NCBI GenBank assembly: GCA_036390995.1
Contig: DASWAT010000064.1
Location: 18,282-82,281 of the forward strand
Direction of reading: 5' to 3'
Length of the DNA stretch: 64,000 bases
Source: Actinomycetota bacterium
GTDB taxonomy: Bacteria > Actinomycetota > UBA4738 > HRBIN12
In this document: positions 21,224-30,261 of the stretch, piece after piece
Position numbering within the stretch: the stretch's first letter is position 1
How the letters are laid out: each line of letters opens with the position of its first letter
Program-made: the position numbers and the translations under genes
The notes under the pieces: generated by a model
What the model was told of the DNA's origin: nothing
Databases searched by the model: none
What the model saw: only the letters and a program-made list of their open reading frames with translations

Positions 21224-21955
21224 CTAGCGCCATTCGACCGAAACGACCTCCACCGGCTCGGACACGCCCCGAAGGCTGACCGTCCGAGGCTCGGACACGG
21301 GGAACCTCGAGCCCGCCGCGGTGGAACGGCTCGCGAGGATCTCGCCGCCGTCTGCCAGTGCGGCGATCCGCGCGGCCTCGTGCACCCCTCGGCCGGTGAA
21401 GTTCCGGCCCACCTGGGTGGCGCCCGTCGCATGGACGCCGATCCGCACCTGCGGGGCGAACCCCTGCGCCTGCCGTTGCTCCGCCAGGCGGCGTTCGATC
21501 GCCACGGCGCAGGCCAGGGCCTCGTCGGGCGAGTCGAAGCCCACGAAGAACCCGTCGCCGAGCGCCGAGACCTCCTCGCCCTGGTGGGCGGCGAAGATCG
21601 AGCGGAGGGTCTCGTCGTGCCAGTGCTGCAGGGCCTCCCAGGCCTCGTCGCCGAGGACCTCGATCAGGTTCGTCGACTTCACGATGTCCGTGAACATGAA
21701 CGTCTTCTCCACCCGCCGGGGCGCCGTGCTGCCCCGGAGCTGCCACGGCAGCAGCTGCTCGACCTCGTCGATCACGATGGCCTGGGTGGGACACGCCAGA
21801 GCGGCCTCGCGCAGCAGCTCTTCCTCGGCGTCCTCCGCATCGATGACGGCGGCCTTCGCGAAGTCGCCCTCGTGCCAGTCGAACGCGGTCGGCGCGATCG
21901 TGATGCAGTTGCCCGCGCCCACACAGCGCTGACGATCGAGCCGGATCCTGATCAT
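21224..21955 (-). CDS. Fusion protein: N-terminal 3Fe-4S-type ferredoxin domain + class III adenylate/guanylate cyclase catalytic domain
   Basis: ATG at 21955 (MIRIRLDRQRCVGAGNCITIAP...ALACPTQAI), with the CxxxxxC...CP pattern of actinobacterial 3Fe-4S ferredoxins. Followed by cyclase motifs FMFTDIVKST and GDGFFVGF. Start sits 2 nt downstream of the LuxR stop. Confidence 0.7.
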   Translation of the reverse strand: MIRIRLDRQRCVGAGNCITIAPTAFDWHEGDFAKAAVIDAEDAEEELLREAALACPTQAIVIDEVEQLLPWQLRGSTAPRRVEKTFMFTDIVKSTNLIEVLGDEAWEALQHWHDETLRSIFAAHQGEEVSALGDGFFVGFDSPDEALACAVAIERRLAEQRQAQGFAPQVRIGVHATGATQVGRNFTGRGVHEAARIAALADGGEILASRSTAAGSRFPVSEPRTVSLRGVSEPVEVVSVEWR

Positions 21956-21957
21956 CG

Positions 21958-24900
21958 CTACAGCACCTGCTCCCGGAATGCGAACGCGGTGGCCTCGGCG
22001 CGTGAGGACGCGCCGATCGCTGCGAACAGCTCGCCCAGGCGCCGGGTGACGTCGGGCTCTTGCACCCCCAGCGCCGTCGCGATCTCGGCGTTCGTATGTC
22101 CCTCCATGACCAGCCTCAGCAGCTCCATCTTCCCCTCGTCGATCGTCGGGGAGGGGGCCTCGCCGCCGGGTGGTGGCGGCGCGTCCCCGAGCATCCGTGA
22201 CAGTCGACCGCCGACCGGTCCGCGGAACCACCGGGCCCGGACCTCACCGTCCAGTGTCCGCTGGGCGATCAGCGCGAGGACGATCCGAAGCTGGGAGCCG
22301 ACCACCCGGCGAGCGTCCTCTCCCCCTGCGGCGAGCATCGCCTCCGCCGCCGGCGCCATGATGTCCAGGTTGAGGTCCTCGTGCATGGCCGACTCCAGCG
22401 CCCCGAACGCCGACCCCGCGGCCTCCACCGCCTGCTCGTTCGCACCGCGCGCTAGCCACACCCGGGCCAGCGCGGCGTCGGCTTGCGCCCCCCACGGGGG
22501 GTGTCCCGGAAGCAGGTGGATCAACTCCTTGGCCTTGGCCGCAGAGCTCTCGGCCAGGGCGAGCAGTCCGTCCTCTCCGCGTTCGGCTCCGAGCTTCGCG
22601 GCCTCGAGCGCCAATCTGGCCAGGATCTCGCATCGGGCGGCAGGGCTGCCCTGCTCGGTGGCGAGCTCGAGGGCTCGCTCCAGGTGCCGGCGCATCCCCT
22701 CCGGGTCGCCGGCGCCCGCATCGGTGATCCCCCGCCACACCTCGAGCAGACGAGCCCGCAGCGGGGTGGGACTCTGGACCGCGGCGGTGGACGCCCGGTC
22801 CACCCAGGTCCGCGCGCCGGCGACCTCCCCGAGGTCCAGATGAGCCAGAGCGGTCCCGCCCGCGGCCAGGAACTCCAGCGCCCGGTCGCCGATCGCCTGG
22901 GCCAGCCGATAGGCCTCCTCGCCGCGCGAGACGGCCAGGTCGGGTATGCCCTTGGCACGGGCGAACACGTGGACCCCGTAGACCATCTGCGCCTCGGCGA
23001 GCGCCCGCTCACTCTCCTTGGCCATCGACTGCATCCGCGAAGCCAGGCGCCGGATCTCCTCGATGTGCCGGGCGGCACCCGATCCCAAGTGGATGTCGGG
23101 CGCCCAGTGGAGGTACGCCATCGCGATGATCGTCGACATCGCGCCGCGCCGGTCACCGACCTCCTCGAATAACGAGAGAGCCCGCTCGAGCTTCTCCGCC
23201 GTCCGCGGGATCAGGACCTCGAGCGGGGTCCCCACGCTGATCTCGTGCAGCGTCTCGCCGGACGTGATCCGGTCGAGCATCTCGAACATCCTGCCCGCCT
23301 GGACCTGTTCCACGAACCATGCGCGGACCCGACCGAGATCGATGACCCCCAGCTCGCGGAGCGACGACGCCAGGGCCGCTCGGTCCTGTAGCGCCTCGGC
23401 CAGTTCGGCGGCACGCGCATAGGCCTCCTCGGCGGCATCGAAGTCGACCTCCCGCTCCGGCGGGGTGAAGGTCTCCCCCAGCGGAGCATGCAGGAGGTCC
23501 TGGCCCAGCTCGAGGCAGGCGGCGAGCTCCGCCTCGCGGTCCTCCTGCTGGAGAGCCAGCTCGCGCACGCGCATCGACATGGCCGCCGCCTGGTCGTCCT
23601 GCTCCGACAGGCGGAGGGCGGCGGCCCGCCGGAGCTGGACGTCCAGCTCGAGGTGGGAATCGCCGAGGGCCTCCACCAGGGCAGCGAGCTCGGCAAGCCC
23701 CTGCAATCGGTCCTGCGGGCGACGAAGCATGTCCAGGCCCTGATCCCTCGCCTGCAGGAGCGCCACCCGGTCCTGCGCCGCCGAGGCCGTCGGCAGCGCG
23801 AGCTCCACCACCCGCAGCACCTCCTCGGGAGCGTTGGCGGCAAGGGCGTTCCGGGTGGCCTCGATGGAGAACCGCACGCACACCGCGGCATCGCCCGCCG
23901 CCCGGGCATGGTGGGCCAACACGGGAAGGCTCTCCGCGGTCGGCTCGCCCGCCAGGAGGAGCTGCACGATGGCCTGGTGCACACCTCGGCGGCGGGCGGG
24001 GGTGAGCGTCCCGGCGGCGAACTCGCGCACCTGCTCGTGCGCGAAGCTGTAGTCGGCCGGGGAATCCGCACCGTGCTGCAGGAGCAGGCCGGCGGCGACG
24101 GCCGGGCGGAGGGTCTCAGCCAGGACCTCCGGCTGGGGCGCCTCCTCGTCCGTGACCCGCACCATCACCTCCCGGACGTCCTTCAGGCTGAACCGCCGGC
24201 CGAGGACGGCGGCCAGGGCAAGGGCGCTTTTCGTGGCATCGGGCAGGCGGGCGGCCCGGCGGGAGATCAGCGTCCGGACCGCCGACGGCACCAGGCGCTC
24301 GGCGTTCTTCGCGAGCGTCCACCGCCCGTCGATCTCCTGGATCATCCCGGCGTCGCGATACGCGCGAGCCAGCTCCTCCAGGATGAACGGGACGCCCTCG
24401 GCCTGGGCATGGACGGTGGCGGCGCTGGGCCCGTCGATGGCCCCTCCAAGGACCTGGCGAAGCATCTCCGCGGTCTCCACCAGGGTGAACCGCTTGAGCT
24501 TGAGCCGTCGCACCAACCCCAGGCGCTCCATGTCGGCGATCAGCGTCACCGCCTCGGTGACGAACGCGAACTCGTCGGGCCGCAGCGCCAGCACCAGCAA
24601 GATCGGGCAGGTCGCGTCCGCCCGGACGAGGTAGCGGAGCAACCGCAGGCTGTCCTCGTCGGCCCACTGCAGGTCGTCGACCGAGATGGCGAGCGGACGC
24701 TGAGCGGCAAGGCTGCCCACGGCGATCGCCGCCAGGTCGCACGCGCGCAGGAGCTTCTGGTCGGGAGGAAGGCTGGCCAACCCCGCGTCGTCCCGGCCCG
24801 AAAGGATCTCCAGGCTTCGCCGGAGATCCTCCTCGGCCGGCGTGCCCGTCGCGACCGCGACGGCCTCGGGGGCGCCGAGGATGGACCGGGCCAGCAGGAA

Positions 24901-25173
24901 AGGGCCGCGAAGCTCCTCGTCCGCGGCGACGGTGATCGAGGTGTACCCGGCAGCCTCCGCCATCTCGTTCACCGCAAGCAGCAGCCGGGTCTTGCCGATG
25001 CCCGGCTCTCCTTCCACCGTGACGGCGGCAAGACGACCGGGCAACGAGGCTTCCAGCTCTTGGCGGACGGCCGCCAGCACCGATGGACGCCCTACGAGCG
25101 CACCCGTGACACGCCGCATCTGCAGCCCGAGGGGTGAGTACGGCTGCAGAGGTGGCTCCATCGCGGAGGTCAT
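21958..25173 (-). CDS. LAL-family (large ATP-binding LuxR) transcriptional regulator: AAA/NB-ARC-like ATPase + TPR + C-terminal LuxR HTH
   Basis: Walker A GEPGIGKTRLL. Long helical-repeat region. C-terminal LuxR HTH (EIATALGVQEPDVTRRLGELF). Start chosen at ATG 25173 (alternative 25161); the ORF-track start at 25383 is likely too far upstream. Confidence 0.8.
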   Translation of the reverse strand: MTSAMEPPLQPYSPLGLQMRRVTGALVGRPSVLAAVRQELEASLPGRLAAVTVEGEPGIGKTRLLLAVNEMAEAAGYTSITVAADEELRGPFLLARSILGAPEAVAVATGTPAEEDLRRSLEILSGRDDAGLASLPPDQKLLRACDLAAIAVGSLAAQRPLAISVDDLQWADEDSLRLLRYLVRADATCPILLVLALRPDEFAFVTEAVTLIADMERLGLVRRLKLKRFTLVETAEMLRQVLGGAIDGPSAATVHAQAEGVPFILEELARAYRDAGMIQEIDGRWTLAKNAERLVPSAVRTLISRRAARLPDATKSALALAAVLGRRFSLKDVREVMVRVTDEEAPQPEVLAETLRPAVAAGLLLQHGADSPADYSFAHEQVREFAAGTLTPARRRGVHQAIVQLLLAGEPTAESLPVLAHHARAAGDAAVCVRFSIEATRNALAANAPEEVLRVVELALPTASAAQDRVALLQARDQGLDMLRRPQDRLQGLAELAALVEALGDSHLELDVQLRRAAALRLSEQDDQAAAMSMRVRELALQQEDREAELAACLELGQDLLHAPLGETFTPPEREVDFDAAEEAYARAAELAEALQDRAALASSLRELGVIDLGRVRAWFVEQVQAGRMFEMLDRITSGETLHEISVGTPLEVLIPRTAEKLERALSLFEEVGDRRGAMSTIIAMAYLHWAPDIHLGSGAARHIEEIRRLASRMQSMAKESERALAEAQMVYGVHVFARAKGIPDLAVSRGEEAYRLAQAIGDRALEFLAAGGTALAHLDLGEVAGARTWVDRASTAAVQSPTPLRARLLEVWRGITDAGAGDPEGMRRHLERALELATEQGSPAARCEILARLALEAAKLGAERGEDGLLALAESSAAKAKELIHLLPGHPPWGAQADAALARVWLARGANEQAVEAAGSAFGALESAMHEDLNLDIMAPAAEAMLAAGGEDARRVVGSQLRIVLALIAQRTLDGEVRARWFRGPVGGRLSRMLGDAPPPPGGEAPSPTIDEGKMELLRLVMEGHTNAEIATALGVQEPDVTRRLGELFAAIGASSRAEATAFAFREQVL

Positions 25174-25258
25174 TGTGTCACGCAGGTCGTTGCTTGAGCC
25201 GGGCCGCGATGCAGGCGACGATGCCGCGACGCGCTGCCCCGCGACACCTGGAGGATCC

Positions 25259-25456
25259 ATGACGGGATGGTGGGCAGCAGCGTTCGTGATCCTGTGGGTG
25301 CTCGTCTTCGTGCTCGCGGTCGTGGTGGTCGCGCTGGCGCGCCAGGTCGGCACGCTGCATCTCCGTCTCGGGCGGACGTGCATCGACCACGTCCCCGAGC
25401 GCTTGGACTACCCGCGGGTCGCCGACTTCACGGTGTGGGAGCGCCAGGAGGGCTAG
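25259..25456 (+). CDS. Candidate small single-TM membrane protein (66 aa)
   Basis: Strong GGAGGA RBS 4 nt before ATG 25259. Strong GC3 bias. Hydrophobic helix WWAAAFVILWVLVFVLAVVVVALA. 3' end overlaps the convergent cyclase gene by about 29 nt. Confidence 0.35.
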   Translation: MTGWWAAAFVILWVLVFVLAVVVVALARQVGTLHLRLGRTCIDHVPERLDYPRVADFTVWERQEG

Positions 25457-26633
25457 GCCCGAGCAGGAACCAGGTGGGCATCGTGCCCTTGCCCTTGACC
25501 TCGATCGCGCCCCGCGGCTCGAACACGAACCGGCCGTCGAGCCGGCGGACGACGCGCTCGGTCACCTGGATCCGCCCGGGCAGGCCGTGGCTCTCCATCC
25601 GGCTCGCGGTGTTCACCGTGTCGCCCCACAGGTCGTAGATGAACTTGCGGGTGCCGATCACCCCTGCCACCACCGGACCCGTGTCGATCCCGACCCGCAG
25701 CGGCAATCGATCCGTGGCCGACGCGAGCATGGCAAGCGCCATGTCGGCGACGGCCTCGAGGTGATCCGCCCGGGGCTCCGGGATCCCACCGGCGAGCATG
25801 TAGGCGTCACCGATCGTCTTGATCTTCTCCAGGCCGCGTTCGTCGGCCAGGCGATCGAACACCGTGAACACCTCGTCGAGCAGCTCCACCACCCGCTCGG
25901 GAGGAAGCGTGGCCGAGCGAGGCGTGAAGTCCACGATGTCGGCGAACAGCACGCTCGCTTCGGGGAAGCGATCGGCGATCACCTCCTCGCGCTCCTTCAG
26001 CCGGGCGGCGATCGGGCCTGGAAGCACGTTCAGGAGGAGCCGTTCCGAGCGCCGGTGCTCTCGCTCGCGCTGGCGGACGAAGTACTGGAGCAGCAGGTAC
26101 GCGGTCAGGGACACGCCGGCCACGTTGCCCACGAAGAAGGCCACCCGCACGGCGGTGGGGATGTCGGCCGGGGTGAGGCCCGGATCCACCAGCCCCGAGA
26201 TCCCGAGCAGCGCCAGGTACCCGCCGAACCACGGCCAGGCCTGCCGCGTCCCCGAGAACATCAGCGCGCCGAGCGGCGACGTGAGCGCCCACAGCGAGAC
26301 CCCGCTCGAGGCCTCGAACCCGCCGAGGCTCCATTGCAGCAGGAAGGGCAGCCCCAACATCAGGCCGAGCTGGGCAGACCGGAACGCCCGGTACCGCTTG
26401 GTACGCACGAACAGCGCCAGGGACGCCCCCGACACGACCTGGTAGGCGAAGGGGATCGAGGCCGACAGCGGCAGCCCCAACAGCAGATACGTGATCACCC
26501 ACCCGGACGCCAGCACCAGGACCAGGACGGTCGACAGCGTCAGGGTCGCCTTGCGGATCCGCTCGTCCTCGTCGTCGGTGGGCAGTACGCCCACGGAGAC
26601 GAGGCGCTGGACGAACCCCCCACCGAGCTGCAA
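25428..26633 (-). CDS. Membrane-anchored class III adenylate/guanylate cyclase (6-TM N-terminal domain)
   Basis: Six hydrophobic segments, then the cyclase core FADIVDFTPRS, KTIGDAYMLAGG and GDTVNTASRMES. Confidence 0.8.
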   Translation of the reverse strand: MQLGGGFVQRLVSVGVLPTDDEDERIRKATLTLSTVLVLVLASGWVITYLLLGLPLSASIPFAYQVVSGASLALFVRTKRYRAFRSAQLGLMLGLPFLLQWSLGGFEASSGVSLWALTSPLGALMFSGTRQAWPWFGGYLALLGISGLVDPGLTPADIPTAVRVAFFVGNVAGVSLTAYLLLQYFVRQREREHRRSERLLLNVLPGPIAARLKEREEVIADRFPEASVLFADIVDFTPRSATLPPERVVELLDEVFTVFDRLADERGLEKIKTIGDAYMLAGGIPEPRADHLEAVADMALAMLASATDRLPLRVGIDTGPVVAGVIGTRKFIYDLWGDTVNTASRMESHGLPGRIQVTERVVRRLDGRFVFEPRGAIEVKGKGTMPTWFLLGPSPPGAPTP

Positions 26634-26738
26634 CGGCCCCCCACGGATGCGAGTCGACGCCCGAATCTATCCCGGCCGGGCACGCGCCGCGACGATCCGT
26701 GTTGAAGATCGGTGGGACCGGGCGCTACCGTCCGCGGG

Positions 26739-28223
26739 ATGGGGGGTGCGAACCTGGGGCTTGGGTCGTGGATCGCGCGTCGCGCGCGCGCGTCGCCGTC
26801 GCGCGCGGCGCTTGTCTCCGAGGAGCGCTCCCTCACGTACGCCGAGCTCGACGAGAGGATCCGCAGGCTGGCGAACGCCCTCGTCGCGATGGGTGTGCAG
26901 CCGGGGGACCGAGTCGGCTACGTGGGTCCGAACCATCCGTCCTTCCTCGAGACGCTCTTCGCCACCGGCACGGTCGGCGGGGTGTTCGTCCCCATCAACC
27001 CGGCCCTGCCGCACGAGTCGATCGCGTTCGAGCTCGGCGACGCCGGATGCCGGGTGCTCTTCCAGGCGGCGGGCGTCGGAGGAACCGACGGGGTCCCCAT
27101 GCGCGTGGTCGTCGGTCCCTCCTACGACGCGGTCGTCGCCGACGCGCGGGCCGACCCGGTGGAGCGCTCGGTGGGGCTCGACCATCTGGCGGTCCTCCCG
27201 TACACCTCGGGGACCACTGGGTCGCCCAAGGGCGTGATGCTCACCCACGGCAACCTCACGTGGAACGTCGTGAACATGCTCGCCGCGGTCGACTTCGGTT
27301 CGGGCGAGGCGACCCTTGCGACGGCGCCGCTGTTCCGGATGGGCGGGCTCGGCGTGACGGTGCTCGAGACCCTGTTCGTGGGCGGCACGGTGGTGCTGAT
27401 GGCGCGGCCGGATCCCGAGGATGCCCTCGACCTGATCGAGCGGCACCGCATCGGCCTGGTGTTCGCGGGGCCGGACATCCTGGGCGGGCTCACGCGGAGC
27501 CCGCGGTGGGAGCACGCCGACCTGTCGAGCGTCCGGATCTGCATCACCGGCGGCACCACGGTCCCCGAGCGCCTGATCCGAGCGTTCCTCGACCGCGGGC
27601 TCCCGCTGAACCAGGGGTACGGCCTCACCGAGGCGTCGCCGGTCGTATCGATCCTCGGCTCGGACGACATGCTCCGCAAGCTCGGTTCCGCCGGCACCCC
27701 TGCGATGCTGTGCGACGTGCGCGTGGTGAACGAGGACCTGACCGACGCCCCTCCCGGGCACATGGGCGAGATCCTGATCCGCGGTCCGAACGTGACGGTC
27801 GGATACTGGCGACGGCCCGACGCCGCGCCGTTCACGGACGACGGCTGGCTCCGGACCGGCGACGCCGGTCGTCTGGACGACGAGGGCTTCCTGTACATGG
27901 TCGACCGGGTCGCGGACGCCTACACGGTGGACGGGCGGCGGGTGTTCCCCTCGGACGTCGAGCGGGCGCTACTCGAGCATCCCGCCGTGGCCGACTGCGC
28001 CGTCACGAGCGTCCCCGACAGAGCGGCGATCGAGGTCGGGGTCGCGTTCGTCGTGGTCGAGGCCGGAGCCTCCGCGGACGGCCCCGCGCTCCTCGAGTTC
28101 GCCCGGGAGCGCCTGCCGAGGCCTGAGGTCCTCGGCCGGGTCGAGCTCGTCGACGCGATCCCCCGCAACCCGGTGGGCAAGGTCCTTCGGCGAGAGCTCC
28201 GCGGCCGCCCCCGTGCCGACTGA
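26739..28223 (+). CDS. AMP-dependent synthetase/ligase (acyl-CoA synthetase)
   Basis: AMP-binding motif YTSGTTGSPKGVMLTH. Ligase motifs TGDAGRLDDEGFLYMVDR and the C-terminal GK. Confidence 0.8.
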   Translation: MGGANLGLGSWIARRARASPSRAALVSEERSLTYAELDERIRRLANALVAMGVQPGDRVGYVGPNHPSFLETLFATGTVGGVFVPINPALPHESIAFELGDAGCRVLFQAAGVGGTDGVPMRVVVGPSYDAVVADARADPVERSVGLDHLAVLPYTSGTTGSPKGVMLTHGNLTWNVVNMLAAVDFGSGEATLATAPLFRMGGLGVTVLETLFVGGTVVLMARPDPEDALDLIERHRIGLVFAGPDILGGLTRSPRWEHADLSSVRICITGGTTVPERLIRAFLDRGLPLNQGYGLTEASPVVSILGSDDMLRKLGSAGTPAMLCDVRVVNEDLTDAPPGHMGEILIRGPNVTVGYWRRPDAAPFTDDGWLRTGDAGRLDDEGFLYMVDRVADAYTVDGRRVFPSDVERALLEHPAVADCAVTSVPDRAAIEVGVAFVVVEAGASADGPALLEFARERLPRPEVLGRVELVDAIPRNPVGKVLRRELRGRPRAD

Positions 28224-28227
28224 CGGC

Positions 28228-28262
28228 TTGCGTTCCGATTGCACTTGCGTTTTCCTTGCGTT
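28228..28262. promoter_or_regulatory. Three direct TTGCGTT repeats upstream of the toxin-antitoxin operon, candidate operator
   Basis: TTGCGTT at 28228-28234, 28245-28251 and 28256-28262, in the AT-richer intergenic region immediately 5' of the antitoxin ATG (28274). Confidence 0.4.
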
Positions 28263-28273
28263 AGCCTGGACCC

Positions 28274-29086
28274 ATGGCGACCCTCCTCACCTTGAAGCAG
28301 CCGGCCGTGGCCGCCGATCGCCTGGAGCCCGTGGCGGGCGACCTGATCCGCGACCTCGACGACTTGATCCCGCGCGCGCTCCGGGGATCCGGCTCGGCCG
28401 CCACGGCCTACGTCCGCACCTGGCGGCTCCTCGCGGCCCGCCTCCTCGAGCTCGCCCACGTCGAGCGCCCGGAGGCGGTCGCGATGTCGGAGACCGGCTT
28501 CATGCTGGCGGACGTGACGGCCTCCCCCGCTCCCCTCGCCGCCAGGCTCCTGGACCAGCTGGCGCTCCAGGCGCCGTTCTCGCCGTGGGTGGCGCGCTAC
28601 GGCCCGGGCCGAGGCATCGCGGTGTTCCTCCTGGACGAGATCCGGCGCCTGGTGCCGGACCTCGAGCCGATGTCGCACCGGGGCACCGCGCTCCCCCACT
28701 GGGACCTGTCGCCGGACGACTTCTCCCGGTTCGCGCACAACGTTTGGGTCCAGATCCAGCAGGAGACGCCTCCGCTGGCCCGGATCCAGGCGGTCCTGCG
28801 GCTGTCCGACACCGAGCTCGGCCGGCTGTTCGGCGTCCGTCGGCAGGCGGCGTCGCAGTGGCTGCAGGACGGCATCCCCCCGGCCAGGCTCCGGAAGGCG
28901 CTCGCGGTGCTCCAGGTCGTCGACCTGCTGGAGCGGAACCTGCAGCCGGATCGCATCCCCGCGGCGGCCCGGACGCCGGCCCCCGCCTACGACGGCCTCA
29001 CCATGCTCCAGATGATCGAGCGCGACCGCCACGTGGACCTGCTCGAGATCACCCGCGCCTCGTTCGACTGGACGGCGACGGCTTAG
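28274..29086 (+). CDS. Xre/MbcA/ParS-type antitoxin with C-terminal DUF2384 domain (unusually long N-terminal extension)
   Basis: C-terminal region LSDTELGRLFGVRRQAASQWL...DLLEITRASFD fits DUF2384, the antitoxin partner of RES toxins. At 270 aa it is longer than typical family members. Confidence 0.65.
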   Translation: MATLLTLKQPAVAADRLEPVAGDLIRDLDDLIPRALRGSGSAATAYVRTWRLLAARLLELAHVERPEAVAMSETGFMLADVTASPAPLAARLLDQLALQAPFSPWVARYGPGRGIAVFLLDEIRRLVPDLEPMSHRGTALPHWDLSPDDFSRFAHNVWVQIQQETPPLARIQAVLRLSDTELGRLFGVRRQAASQWLQDGIPPARLRKALAVLQVVDLLERNLQPDRIPAAARTPAPAYDGLTMLQMIERDRHVDLLEITRASFDWTATA

Positions 29087-29089
29087 GCC

Positions 29090-29620
29090 GTGGCCGTCCG
29101 GTTCCGGCACGTCCGGCGCGCCGGCACCTACCTGCGCGTGGCCGACCCGGACTGGGATGACCCGCTCGACGGCTCGTTCGCGGCCGAGCGCGGTGGCCGA
29201 TGGAACCCTCCCGGCTCGTTCGCCGTGGTCTACCTGTGCGCCACGGTCGAGGTGGCGAGAGCCAACGCGCTGCGGAAGCTCGGAGGACTGCCGTACGGCC
29301 TGCTGGACCTCCGCTCCGACCGCCGGCCCGATCTGGTGGCCGCGGAGGTTCCGGATGCACGGCCGGTCGACGTCGTGACCGACGCCGGGTGCAGGGCCGC
29401 CGGGCTCCCGGCGACCTACCCGAAGGACGGTCGCGGCCGCGAGGTTCCCTGGACCCGATGTCAGCCCGTGGGGTCGGCGGCGTGGAGCCAAGGCGAACCC
29501 GGCATCGTGTGCCGCACGGCCGCGTCGGTCGAGCGGGGCGAGGAACTCGCCTGGTTCCCCGACCACGGGGGCGCGCTCCGGTTGCTCACCCGTCGGGCCT
29601 TCGACGACTGGTTCGCGTAG
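29090..29620 (+). CDS. RES-domain toxin (MbcT/ParT-like NAD+-targeting toxin family)
   Basis: GTG 29090, 3 nt after the antitoxin stop. Conserved RES-domain blocks GGRWNPPGSFAVVYLCATVEVARANALRK, SDRRPD and ...CRTAAS. Confidence 0.7.
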   Translation: MAVRFRHVRRAGTYLRVADPDWDDPLDGSFAAERGGRWNPPGSFAVVYLCATVEVARANALRKLGGLPYGLLDLRSDRRPDLVAAEVPDARPVDVVTDAGCRAAGLPATYPKDGRGREVPWTRCQPVGSAAWSQGEPGIVCRTAASVERGEELAWFPDHGGALRLLTRRAFDDWFA

Positions 29621-29629
29621 GTTCTCACC

Positions 29630-30220
29630 GTGCAGAGGCGATGCGCGTGGGCGGACGGGAGCGATGCGCTGTACCTCGCCTACCACGACGAGGAGTGGGG
29701 GGTGCCCTCGCACGACGACCGGCACCTGTTCGAGATGCTCGTCCTCGAGGGCGCCCAGGCCGGCCTGTCGTGGTCCACGATCCTGCGCAAGCGCGAGGGC
29801 TACCGCTCGGCGTTCGCGGGCTTCGACGCCGAGCGGGTTGCCCGGTTCGACCGACGCAAGGTCGAGCGGCTGCTCGCCGATCCGGGCATCGTCCGCAACC
29901 GCCTCAAGGTGGAGTCGGCCGTGAACAACGCCCGATGCGCGCTCCGGGTCCGCGTCGAGCTTGGATCGCTCGACGCCTACCTGTGGGGGTTCGTCGACGG
30001 CACGCCGATCCGCAACCGCTGGACGAGGCTGGAGGAGATACCCGCCGAGACCGACGAGTCACGAGCCATGAGCAAGGACCTCAAGACGCGCGGCTTCCGT
30101 TTCGTCGGCCCGACGGTGTGCTACGCGTTCATGCAGGCGACCGGCATGGTGAACGACCACGTAGCGTCTTGCTTCCGATACAAGGAGCTGAGTCTCCACG
30201 AAGGAGATCCGAGACCCTAA
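29630..30220 (+). CDS. tag: DNA-3-methyladenine glycosylase I
   Basis: N-terminal RCAWA..DALYLAYHDEEWG and C-terminal CYAFMQATGMVNDHV blocks typical of Tag. Confidence 0.85.
   Translation: MQRRCAWADGSDALYLAYHDEEWGVPSHDDRHLFEMLVLEGAQAGLSWSTILRKREGYRSAFAGFDAERVARFDRRKVERLLADPGIVRNRLKVESAVNNARCALRVRVELGSLDAYLWGFVDGTPIRNRWTRLEEIPAETDESRAMSKDLKTRGFRFVGPTVCYAFMQATGMVNDHVASCFRYKELSLHEGDPRP
30141..30183 (+). repeat. Direct repeat copy 1 (tag 3' end, core CGGCATGGTGAACGACCACGTAGCGTCTTGCTTCCGATAC)
   Basis: Core of about 40 nt, repeated at 30844-30886 and 32508-32550 with 3-4 mismatches. Confidence 0.85.
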
Positions 30221-30261
30221 GCCACACCCGTCGGGACTTCAGATCGAGGTCTCGGATCAGA

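Noticed and set aside
23488-25137. 549-aa plus-strand ORF inside the LuxR-LAL regulator gene
   Set aside because: It is antisense to the regulator, which has a Walker A and a C-terminal LuxR HTH. There is no independent support.
25173-25383. Extra 70 N-terminal residues of the LuxR-LAL ORF (track start 25383)
   Set aside because: The region is rich in Ser/Thr/Ala/His with no similarity to regulator N-termini. Internal ATGs at 25173 and 25161 immediately precede the conserved ATPase region. It also overlaps the candidate small-protein gene on the other strand.
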